Shown here: positions 1-6,594 of the stretch, piece by piece | Numbering within the stretch: position 1 is the first letter of the stretch | Layout: each line of letters opens with the position of its first letter | Notes under the pieces: model-generated | What the model saw: the letters and a program-made list of their open reading frames with translations, nothing else | Databases searched by the model: none | What the model was told of the DNA's origin: nothing | Origin: a virus | DNA: 39,591 nucleotides | IMG/VR virus record: IMGVR_UViG_3300045988_054897 | Strand: one strand, 5' to 3' | Program-made: the position numbers and the translations under genes

Positions 1-119
1 ACGGTGTTGCGCGTGTCGCACGCCTGCGCCGCCATGTCGTAGCGCACCTGGGCGATAGCTGCACGGTTTTCGCAGCAACAATTAGCGGCCTGCATCTGCA
101 TGGCGTTGAGCTGCTGCAT
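1..119. repeat. Terminal direct repeat, copy 1 (identical to 39473..39591): circular-assembly overlap or terminal redundancy
   Basis: nt 1-119 (ACGGTGTTGCGCGTGTCGCACGCC...GTTGAGCTGCTGCAT) recur base for base at 39473-39591; unit length 39472 bp. Confidence 0.95.
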
Positions 120-479
120 GAGCGCCGCCTGCTGGTTGCTGCGGGAAAGCTCGGCCTGTGCAAAGCCGTTTGCCATCGCCATGTTGGTGCCGTTGACAAG
201 CTGCGCCTGCTGGTAAAACCCGTCGCAAAGGCCCTGATTTACACTGTCGATCTTGCGCTCGACATTGGCAAAATCAGAGGTCAGCACATAGCCGTCGACC
301 ACGCCGCCGCCGTTGCCGTTACCGCCCCAGCCGTTGCCGCCCCAGCCAAAGACAGCAAAAATGAGGAAGAGAATAATGAGCCATGCGCCGTCACCTCCCC
401 AGCCGAAGCCGCCGCTATTGCCGCCGTTTGCGGGAGCGACAGGCATCGTCATCATGGGAGTACCATCGGAAAGAGACAT
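1..479 (-). CDS. 5' part of a wrap-around gene (gene A, continues at 39235..39591). 238-aa membrane protein with Gly/Trp-rich N-terminus, one TM, Q/N-rich middle and Cys-rich C-terminus; function unknown
   Basis: ATG 479..477 after AAAGGAGAG RBS. MSLSDGTPMMTMPVAPANGGNSGGFGWGGDGAWLIILFLIFAVFGWGGNGWGGNGNGGGVVDGY... is in frame (479-119=360 nt) with ORF 39235..39591 through the repeat. Confidence 0.75.
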   Translation of the reverse strand, partial: MSLSDGTPMMTMPVAPANGGNSGGFGWGGDGAWLIILFLIFAVFGWGGNGWGGNGNGGGVVDGYVLTSDFANVERKIDSVNQGLCDGFYQQAQLVNGTNMAMANGFAQAELSRSNQQAALMQQLNAMQMQAANCCCENRAAIAQVRYDMAAQACDTRNT

Positions 480-530
480 ATAAATCTCTCCTTTCTGAAA
501 ATTATTTTATTATACAAATCTGCGCAGATA

Positions 531-559
531 TTGTATTTTGCAAATAGTTGTGATACAAT
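531..559 (+). promoter_or_regulatory. sigma-A-like promoter of the free-standing HNH gene
   Basis: TTGTAT (531-536), 17-nt spacer, TGaTACAAT (551-559); GAAGGAGG RBS at 583-590. Confidence 0.5.
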
Positions 560-599
560 TGAAATAAACAAATCCACCATGTGAAGGAGGGGCGTTTGT

Positions 600-1196
600 A
601 TGTGGCTACCTATATATGGATATGAGGGGATTTATGAAATAAGCGATTTTGGAGAAGTAAAAAGCCTAAACTACAACCATACCGGAAAAGAAAAGATTTT
701 GGCAAAGAAGCGCCATCGATCAGGATATGACACCGTTGTGCTCTGCAAAAACGCAGAAAAGAAAAATAAGTCTATACATATTCTTGTCGCACAAGCGTTT
801 GTAGATAACCCGCAACGAAAACCGCAAGTAAACCACAAAGATGGAAACAAGCACAACAATTGTGCAGAAAATCTTGAATGGGTTACTGCGTCGGAAAACA
901 TCAAGCACAGTTTTGATGTTCTCGGGAAGCAGCCAATTAACAAGGGTAGACTTGGGAAATCCCATTATGCTGCAAAACCAATATATCAATATTCCTTGGA
1001 TGGAACTCTCGTTAAGGCATGGGATTGCGTTTCGGACGCTGCCCGCGAAATTGGTTGTAAGCCTTGCCAAATCCTAAATAATGTAAAAGGCAGGAATAGA
1101 ACTTGTCATGGCTATATGTGGAGGTACGAAAAGTACAACAGCATAGGCACCGAGCCGGTAACCAGTCGGAAAACGCACAAAAAAACAGGCTTATAG
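600..1196 (+). CDS. HNH homing endonuclease (NUMOD4 + HNH_3 type), free-standing, opposite strand to its neighbours
   Basis: GYEGIYEISDFGEV (NUMOD4-like), VNHKDGNKHNNCAENLEWVTASEN (HNH), C-terminal ...GYMWRY DNA-binding tail; visibly AT-rich island. Confidence 0.9.
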   Translation: MWLPIYGYEGIYEISDFGEVKSLNYNHTGKEKILAKKRHRSGYDTVVLCKNAEKKNKSIHILVAQAFVDNPQRKPQVNHKDGNKHNNCAENLEWVTASENIKHSFDVLGKQPINKGRLGKSHYAAKPIYQYSLDGTLVKAWDCVSDAAREIGCKPCQILNNVKGRNRTCHGYMWRYEKYNSIGTEPVTSRKTHKKTGL

Positions 1197-1203
1197 CAAT
1201 TGA

Positions 1204-1416
1204 CTACCCCAAAAGCTGCTTGAACTGCTTTGCCATCTGCTGAAGCTGGTTTAACTGCGCCTGCGAGAGTTTGCCGCTCTGCAAGAGCTTTTCGACCTCG
1301 GCTTTGGGGTCGCCCTTGAAATTTTCTTTGAACTGGTTGAACTGCTGCACCATCTGTGCAAAATTGCCCATCGGCATCTGCCCGCCGCCCAGCGCGGCCA
1401 TGAACGGATTACTCAT
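1204..1416 (-). CDS. Hypothetical Q-rich 70-aa protein
   Basis: ORF track; start overlaps the stop of the upstream gene (1409..1416); no recognisable domain. Confidence 0.6.
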   Translation of the reverse strand: MSNPFMAALGGGQMPMGNFAQMVQQFNQFKENFKGDPKAEVEKLLQSGKLSQAQLNQLQQMAKQFKQLLG

Positions 1417-1840
1417 CGTCCTCGTCCTCCTCGACCTTGCGCTTCTTCTTGCCCTTTAATTCGCCCACAAGCGCCGCCAGCGCGTCAAACTCCTTGCGGG
1501 TGACAAATTCCACGCCCGGCTTTTGCGGCGCGTTAGAAGCCGTTTCTGCGCGCTCTACGAGGTCGTAAATCTTGAGCGTCGGCTTCCCGCTTGCATCGGA
1601 CTGCTTGAGGTACACGGTGGGGGCGGTGGAATCCCACAACGCTACGGCAGAGTTGGGCGCGATGAGATAGCCTCTCGCCTCCTGCTCGCTGCTCACCCAT
1701 TGCACGCCGCCGGTCGCAACAGGATTTTGCGGCACGGGAGGCGGAGCGGGCTGCATCATCTGCTGCTGCCGCATCTGCATAAGGTTGTCCGGCATCGGCT
1801 GTGGATAATAAGGGTTTTGATAGTACGGATTAAAAGCCAT
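1409..1840 (-). CDS. Hypothetical protein with P/Q/Y-rich N-terminus and acidic C-terminus
   Basis: ORF track; MAFNPYYQNPYYPQPMP...; adjacent to 1842 stop. Confidence 0.6.
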   Translation of the reverse strand: MAFNPYYQNPYYPQPMPDNLMQMRQQQMMQPAPPPVPQNPVATGGVQWVSSEQEARGYLIAPNSAVALWDSTAPTVYLKQSDASGKPTLKIYDLVERAETASNAPQKPGVEFVTRKEFDALAALVGELKGKKKRKVEEDEDDE

Positions 1841-1841
1841 G

Positions 1842-2222
1842 TCATTCAGTCTCCTTTACCCAAAAATAGATCACAGTCTCATTGCTGCTGTCCCACGAGT
1901 CAAAGATCGTCCCGTCCTGCACGCACACCACATGACCGGAGAGCGCTAGGATATAGGTCCCGCGCGGATGCTCGTTCGCAAACTGCCTGACGGTGTAGCA
2001 CAGAGGACAAATGTCCGGCACGATGTAGCGCCGATAGCCGAGGGAGTGCAGATACGCGCCCCAGGTCGCGTTGGCCGACGGCATGTCTCCGTCTAAGTAG
2101 CCTTGTATGGCGAGCGCGAGATACGTTTCACCCCAGTCTTTTCCGGTCGCTTTGGAGATCGCCCGGACAGTGCAGTCCCCCACGTTCTTGCCATAAGGCG
2201 ACGGATTATAATAGCTATACAT
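1842..2222 (-). CDS. Hypothetical protein, possible papain-fold (C39-like) cysteine peptidase
   Basis: Start moved to ATG 2222 (MYSYYNPSPYGK). Cys...His...Asp order: GDCTVRAIS, LSGHVVCV, FDSWDS. The fold call is a by-eye guess. Confidence 0.5.
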   Translation of the reverse strand: MYSYYNPSPYGKNVGDCTVRAISKATGKDWGETYLALAIQGYLDGDMPSANATWGAYLHSLGYRRYIVPDICPLCYTVRQFANEHPRGTYILALSGHVVCVQDGTIFDSWDSSNETVIYFWVKETE

Positions 2223-2337
2223 GCAGCAGCTCCGCGAAATAGACATAGGTGCGCAGCTCGTCCGGCTCGGGGAACAGCACCAAAATATCCCTCGCCATCT
2301 GCTCGGTGAAGCCCAATGCTAAAAGCCGTTCGTACAT
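2215..2337 (-). CDS. Small hypothetical protein (40 aa)
   Basis: ATG 2337 (MYERLLALGFTEQ...) 8 nt after AAGGAGG; the longer track ORF (to 2448) runs through a terminator hairpin. Confidence 0.5.
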   Translation of the reverse strand: MYERLLALGFTEQMARDILVLFPEPDELRTYVYFAELLHV

Positions 2338-2367
2338 ACAGCGCACCTCCTTTTCTGCCTTTATGGT

Positions 2368-2404
2368 ACAAGAAAACCCCTTTTCCAAAGTGCCGGAAAA
2401 GGGG
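2368..2404 (-). terminator. Intrinsic terminator
   Basis: Minus strand: CCCCTTTTCC-GGCACTTT-GGAAAAGGGG followed by TTTTCTTGT. Confidence 0.7.
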
Positions 2405-2510
2405 ATGAAAAGTGTACGGCGAAATTCGTCGAACGATTGCGCTTGCAAATTCTGACGGAATATGCTAATTTTTTGTCACGACGTGCTCCATGCGTCATTC
2501 ATACCCTTCC

Positions 2511-2546
2511 CATAAAGGAAAAGAGCCTCACCGTTTGGTGAAGCTC
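2511..2546 (-). terminator. Intrinsic terminator after the sigma-r4-like gene
   Basis: Minus strand: GAGCTTCACC-AAAC-GGTGAGGCTC followed by TTTTCCTTTAT; begins 6 nt after the stop at 2552. Confidence 0.65.
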
Positions 2547-2551
2547 TTTTC

Positions 2552-2818
2552 CTATTCAAAGACTTCCGATGCGATTTTGCGGTACGCCTTTCGGCGATAC
2601 TTTTTGACCGTATCCGGCGACAGATTCATTTCAAATGCCACCTGTACGCAGGAGCGGCCCCGCACGTCGCACTCGACGAGGCACGCCATTTCGTCGGGTG
2701 GAAGCTCAAAAGACCGAATGTATGCCACGGCCCGCCGCGGGGCCATAGAGGATAATTTTGCCCGGATCGCTCGGTGCTGCTTGTCCATGCTGTGCGCCGG
2801 GGCTTGCAGAGCGCTCAC
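2552..2818 (-). CDS. Sigma-70 region-4-like HTH regulator (possible late-gene activator)
   Basis: LPPDEMACLVECDVRGRSCVQVAFEMNLSPDTVKKYRRKAYRKIA resembles sigma70_r4. Start uncertain (GTG 2818 or ATG 2788). The palindrome GGGAGGCATGCCTCCC lies just upstream. Confidence 0.6.
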   Translation of the reverse strand: MSALQAPAHSMDKQHRAIRAKLSSMAPRRAVAYIRSFELPPDEMACLVECDVRGRSCVQVAFEMNLSPDTVKKYRRKAYRKIASEVFE

Positions 2819-2855
2819 GCGAGGGGAGGCATGCCTCCCGCCCGTTTTCCTTTCG

Positions 2856-3518
2856 TTAATTTAGAATTTTTCCGAGGTATGCGTAAACATATTCTCCCCA
2901 TGCCTTCTGCGTCGCGGAGCCGAATGAACCGTCCACGTCCAGCTCGTACCCGCAGACATTGAGAAATTCCTGCAATTTCTTGACTTCCGCGCCCTTGTCG
3001 CCGCGTGTGAGCACGGTCTTGTCCGCGGGGTATTTCGGCACGCCGAAGCCACGAATATACCGCCCGTTGATTTCCAACGTCCGATAGCCGCACTCGTGAG
3101 CTTTACCCTTGTTGCCCTCGAACACCGTGAAGCTCTGATCGTCACAGGCGGTCACGATGCCCGTGTGGTTGGGCGCGCCCGTGCAGTCCGTGAGGGCGTA
3201 GTCCTTGCGGTCGTTCCAATGGTAGAAGACCTGTTCGCCGATTTTGGGAACGTGTGCGTCGTCCTCGACCCATTGGCCGCGCGCCTGATACCACCGCATC
3301 TGCTCGCCGCAGCTGCACTCGATGGGGAGCACCTCTGTCAGGCCGCAGAGGATCGCCGCCGCGGACACCATCGCCGCGCAGTAGTCGTCCGAATAGGCGA
3401 GCTTGTAGCCGCGCGGGTGCGGGAGGTAGCTGTTGTAGGCGTCCACGATGCTTTTATGCACCGCATCGCCGCGTACAGCGCCGACCCAGCCCGTCATGGT
3501 CTCAAGAAATTTCTTCAT
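2856..3518 (-). CDS. Endolysin: CHAP/NlpC-P60-type amidase-peptidase domain plus C-terminal PG_binding_1 domain
   Basis: DDYCAAMVS (Cys) and APNHTGIV (His) motifs; C-terminus GDKGAEVKKLQEFLNVCGYELDVDGSFGSATQKAW. Confidence 0.8.
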   Translation of the reverse strand: MKKFLETMTGWVGAVRGDAVHKSIVDAYNSYLPHPRGYKLAYSDDYCAAMVSAAAILCGLTEVLPIECSCGEQMRWYQARGQWVEDDAHVPKIGEQVFYHWNDRKDYALTDCTGAPNHTGIVTACDDQSFTVFEGNKGKAHECGYRTLEINGRYIRGFGVPKYPADKTVLTRGDKGAEVKKLQEFLNVCGYELDVDGSFGSATQKAWGEYVYAYLGKILN

Positions 3519-3690
3519 TTTTGCGTTTCTCGGTCTGCGTGCCGAAGTAGAAGGCGATGATGGTCGTGAAGATCGTCAAAAACTCCGTCCCGCTGATGCT
3601 GCCGCGCAGGGCAAGCACCGAGAAAACCGCCGTGAGCGCGATGGTCACGATGCTCTTGACCGTAAGCAGATTGGCAATTCGATTTTGCAT
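3502..3690 (-). CDS. Holin (62 aa, 2 TM, charged C-terminus)
   Basis: Two hydrophobic stretches then TQTEKRKNEEIS; overlaps the endolysin start. Confidence 0.75.
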   Translation of the reverse strand: MQNRIANLLTVKSIVTIALTAVFSVLALRGSISGTEFLTIFTTIIAFYFGTQTEKRKNEEIS

Positions 3691-3702
3691 TTTTTGCCTC
3701 CT

Positions 3703-4410
3703 TTACAGAAACCGCACGGCATAAAACTGCCGCGTCTGTGTGTTGATTTTGTTACACGCGCCGTGGATGGCGGCGACGTGCCCGCCGTCGAGCATGACGG
3801 CGTATTCCAGCTTGAGCTTGTCCCGACAAAAGGCGTTGACCTGCTGCGCGGTCATGCTGCGGCAGTAGACGCCGTAGAGCAGCCCGCCCTTGTAGCCGAG
3901 GACGGTGTGGTTGGTCTTGCGCAGCACGTCGGAGTAAGCGCCTGTAAAGCCCTCCGCCGCGGGGTCATAGCGGTCGAGCAGGCCCATGCCCCCGACCGCC
4001 CACACGACGCCGCTTAGCGCCGCCGACGAGGACACGCGGGCAATGCGCACCGCGCCGTCCGTGGTCTTATAGAGCACGCTCTCGGGGCGCGGATAGTGAC
4101 AGCTCATGCCGCGCACGACCTTGCCGCCGCGCACGAGGATGCTGCACGGCTGACCCTGCCAAGAAAAGCTCCCCGAAATCGCGTTTTTCGGCAGCGGACC
4201 GCTCATGTTGACAGGCTCGATGTCCCGCGCGAGGATGCAGGGCTGACCGTATAGCTCGACGTTAAGGGGCCAGCAGTCCGCGCCGAGCTTGGCGGCGATG
4301 TCGCTCAAGGTCTGGTTGCCGATCCAGCCGTTGTCCAGCGCCCCGACGGAGCGCTGGATGGCGCGGATCATGCGAATCTCCTCCGAGGTAGAGCCTTTGA
4401 TGTCTTTCAC
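3703..4410 (-). CDS. Putative second cell-wall hydrolase, phosphodiester glycosidase (NAGPA/DUF2233)-like
   Basis: GTG 4410 overlaps the upstream stop (GTGA) after GGAGGTGG. ...NHTVLGYKGGLLYGVYC...LEYAVMLDGGHVAAI resembles the LDGGGS end of NAGPA domains; short PG-binding-like N-terminus. Confidence 0.55.
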   Translation of the reverse strand: MKDIKGSTSEEIRMIRAIQRSVGALDNGWIGNQTLSDIAAKLGADCWPLNVELYGQPCILARDIEPVNMSGPLPKNAISGSFSWQGQPCSILVRGGKVVRGMSCHYPRPESVLYKTTDGAVRIARVSSSAALSGVVWAVGGMGLLDRYDPAAEGFTGAYSDVLRKTNHTVLGYKGGLLYGVYCRSMTAQQVNAFCRDKLKLEYAVMLDGGHVAAIHGACNKINTQTRQFYAVRFL

Positions 4411-4712
4411 GAGACCACCTCCCACTCGTCGATCTCCGACTTGATGCGGTCGATAAAACTGTTCCCACCGAGGGCCTTGTAGCCCCGATAGAGATAGAGA
4501 AAATCCTCCAGCTCGTACTGCCGGATGGTGCGGCCCTCCCTGTGGCGGTAGTAGGTGTGCAGCATGTCGTGCCGGAGCTGGCATTTAAGCGCGTCGGTCA
4601 GCTTGTCCAGCCCGAGCAGCTTGCTGCGCAGCGGTTTGACAAGCATGGCGACCGCCGCGAGGATGACCGTCAGCTCCGAGCACAGCGCCGCCAATTTCGA
4701 TAAACTTTCCAT
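4407..4712 (-). CDS. Hypothetical membrane-anchored protein (N-terminal TM) in the lysis cassette
   Basis: ORF track; LAALCSELTVILAAVAMLV hydrophobic segment. Confidence 0.6.
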   Translation of the reverse strand: MESLSKLAALCSELTVILAAVAMLVKPLRSKLLGLDKLTDALKCQLRHDMLHTYYRHREGRTIRQYELEDFLYLYRGYKALGGNSFIDRIKSEIDEWEVVS

Positions 4713-4740
4713 AGGCGTTGTCTCTCTTTCCGGCGGCGCA

Positions 4741-4777
4741 AAAAAAGCCGCCTTGTCGTGCTTGACAAAGCGGCTTT
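4741..4777 (-). terminator. Intrinsic terminator of the small toxin transcript
   Basis: Minus strand: AAAGCCGCTTTGTC-AAGCAC-GACAAGGCGGCTTT then TTTTTT. Confidence 0.65.
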
Positions 4778-4791
4778 AGGTGTGCTATATT
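4762..4791 (+). promoter_or_regulatory. Near-consensus promoter for a plus-strand antisense RNA
   Basis: TTGACA (4762-4767), 18-nt spacer, TGcTATATT (4783-4791). Confidence 0.5.
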
Positions 4792-4797
4792 TAGGCC

Positions 4798-4895
4798 AGT
4801 AAGAACGGCTGCCATTGCTGGTGGCGGTCGTCCCTCAGTGAGTTTATAGCTCGAAGGAAACGCCGCTTACCGCTATGGTGGGCGGTTATTTCTTA
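4798..4895 (+). ncRNA. Candidate ~100-nt antisense sRNA (type I antitoxin-like), convergent with the toxin mRNA 3' end
   Basis: Predicted start about 7 nt after the -10. Terminator-like hairpin CCGC-tta-CCGC-TATG-GTGG-GCGG (4863-4885) then TTATTTCTT; overlaps the toxin stop codon and 3' UTR. Confidence 0.4.
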
Positions 4896-4975
4896 TGTCT
4901 TGTGACCGTGAAGATCAGAGACGCAAGACCGATGAGCACAAGCGAATATGTAAACATATCAGCGTATGTAACCAT
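4886..4975 (-). CDS. 29-aa hydrophobic peptide resembling the 'putative holin-like toxin' (Hol-Tox) family; too short for the ORF track
   Basis: AAAGGAGGTG RBS 5 nt before ATG 4975; MVTYADMFTYSLVLIGLASLIFTVTRHKK*. Confidence 0.6.
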   Translation of the reverse strand: MVTYADMFTYSLVLIGLASLIFTVTRHKK

Positions 4976-5029
4976 CGCGCACCTCCTTTGCAGGAAGTGG
5001 ACAACCTCGCCGTTCTTACCGGCAGGCGA

Positions 5030-5059
5030 ATTATAGCACAGTCTGCCGCGCTTTGTCAA
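5030..5059 (-). promoter_or_regulatory. Consensus sigma-A promoter of the toxin peptide gene
   Basis: Minus strand: TTGACA (5059..5054), 18-nt spacer, TGcTATAAT (TATAAT = 5035..5030). Confidence 0.6.
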
Positions 5060-5062
5060 TTT

Positions 5063-5086
5063 GCCGCCCTCCGGGGCGGCTTTTTT
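5063..5086 (+). terminator. Hairpin plus T-run (plus-strand sense), directly after the stop of the minus-strand gene 5085..5345
   Basis: GCCGCCC-TCCG-GGGCGGC then TTTTTT. Confidence 0.5.
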
Positions 5087-5345
5087 ACTTGTTCAGCTCC
5101 GCGAGCTTTTCCGCGATGTCCTCGGGGATGGCGCAGGTCGTCATCTTGACGCAGTAGCCGTCCTCGTCGTAGGTGAGCTTGTAGCAGGGGGCGACATATA
5201 CCTCCGTGCCGGCGCGGGAGAGGTCGCGCGCCATGACGGGCTGCACGATGCTGTTCTTGACGCCCGAGTTTTCGCTCAGGCCCGCGGGGGTGTCGGTGAC
5301 CTCGATGGGCTTGCCGTCGGATGCGATACGAGTTGCAGTAGCCAT
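5085..5345 (-). CDS. Hypothetical protein (86 aa)
   Basis: Start moved to ATG 5345 (MATATRIASDG) after AAGGAGAA. Confidence 0.55.
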   Translation of the reverse strand: MATATRIASDGKPIEVTDTPAGLSENSGVKNSIVQPVMARDLSRAGTEVYVAPCYKLTYDEDGYCVKMTTCAIPEDIAEKLAELNK

Positions 5346-5375
5346 AGTTTTGTTCTCCTTTTCTTTGTTCAAAAT

Positions 5376-5513
5376 TTATTTATCATCGGCGTAGCTTTCG
5401 CCGGTGATCTCTTCAGAGTCCCGCGCGCTGAGGATGCCCTTTTCCACGGCGTTGCGCACCATGCCGGCTGTCCAAAGACCTTGCGCGAACCACTTTGCGA
5501 TTTTCTCTTTCAT
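5376..5513 (-). CDS. XkdX-family small tail-fibre-associated protein (45 aa); too short for the ORF track
   Basis: MKEKIAKWFAQGLWTAGMVRNAVEKGILSARDSEEITGESYADDK*; start 1 nt after the upstream stop. Confidence 0.7.
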   Translation of the reverse strand: MKEKIAKWFAQGLWTAGMVRNAVEKGILSARDSEEITGESYADDK

Positions 5514-5514
5514 C

Positions 5515-5772
5515 TCAGCCCTCCATCAGCGTGTCGGTCATCATGGCGGTGTAGGTGGTCTGCGCTTCGATGCGGTCAAGCTGGGTCGGGGCAGGCTCGG
5601 GCTTGCCGTCGTCCTCGATAATGTACTCGCCGTTGTAGGCTTCGGCCTTGGCAATTTTCTCATTGGCCTCGCTCCAGCCAAGGGACGCTTCAGAGAACAC
5701 CTGCTCAATATTCGGCTGTTCTTCCGTGCCGTGGTTGACCTCGGTGCAGAGCTGATATTTGATAATTTTCAT
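5515..5772 (-). CDS. Hypothetical small protein between fibre and XkdX (XkdW-like position)
   Basis: ORF track; synteny only. Confidence 0.55.
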   Translation of the reverse strand: MKIIKYQLCTEVNHGTEEQPNIEQVFSEASLGWSEANEKIAKAEAYNGEYIIEDDGKPEPAPTQLDRIEAQTTYTAMMTDTLMEG

Positions 5773-5784
5773 GGCGTTTCCTCC

Positions 5785-6582
5785 TTAGTCCGTGGTTTTG
5801 GTGTACTTTAATACAACATAAACGGTGTACCCTGTCAAAGTGGTTGAGGTTGTATAAATGAATATTGCATCATGCTTTACATTTCCGCTGTCTTTGTAAG
5901 TTCCGTGTACAATATTCAAATTTTCGCCTGCTACATTAGTTGATTCACATGGGATAGAGAAGTTGTCGTTGCTACTCGCATACATATTTCCTGTTGGTGT
6001 TAGTCTTCTGTCAATCACCGTATAATCAAGACCAGTGTCAATTTTTTTCAGGCTGTTAGATGGTGCACTTCCGCAACTAACCAACCTCACATACACTGGC
6101 TTGCCAAGATACCGCTCTGTGGTGCGGTATTCAACGCCGAGCTGCATAAGGGGATTGAGGTACTCCCAGGGTTGCCATTCGCTGTCAACTCTACGCCGAA
6201 TTGCAATCGTCGAGACCGTTTCGAAGAAACACATTTGTACGACTGTGCTACTGCTTGCTCGAGAAGAGACTAATAATGTTCCATAACCGCCACCCGGAAG
6301 AGACGGTGCATTAGCAATAGATCCATCGCCGCCAAAATAATACCACCCACATTTTACAGCAGTATTTAATCCACCTTCTACCGATGACTCAAGAGCTACT
6401 CCTTGAAAATCTCCCAGCCCAAACCCACCGGGGGAAGCGTTGATATTTCCCCGTGCCTGCGTCCTCTGCTCGTCGGTGAGGGTCTGCGCTGCGTCGTAGC
6501 GGACAGTACCCGCGCCCGCTCCGCCGAGCAGCGCGTCAATCTCCTCGCCGGAATATTGGGAAACGTAATAATCATCAGGCAT
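5785..6582 (-). CDS. Tail fibre / receptor-binding protein
   Basis: N-terminal YSGEEIDALL...QTLTDEQRTQARGNINA fibre-type motif; position after the tail-tip protein; 3' two-thirds AT-rich. Confidence 0.7.
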   Translation of the reverse strand: MPDDYYVSQYSGEEIDALLGGAGAGTVRYDAAQTLTDEQRTQARGNINASPGGFGLGDFQGVALESSVEGGLNTAVKCGWYYFGGDGSIANAPSLPGGGYGTLLVSSRASSSTVVQMCFFETVSTIAIRRRVDSEWQPWEYLNPLMQLGVEYRTTERYLGKPVYVRLVSCGSAPSNSLKKIDTGLDYTVIDRRLTPTGNMYASSNDNFSIPCESTNVAGENLNIVHGTYKDSGNVKHDAIFIYTTSTTLTGYTVYVVLKYTKTTD

Positions 6583-6594
6583 AGTGATCCCTCC

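Noticed and set aside
3703-4584. Long N-terminal extensions given in the ORF track (also 6595..8928, 22820..23284, 23256..23591, 33121..33606, 31239..31865, 28402..29043, 35288..35551)
   Set aside because: The extensions overlap the upstream gene in another frame and are Arg/Pro/Gly-rich. Internal starts with a GGAGG-type RBS, or ATGA/TGATG coupling, were chosen instead.
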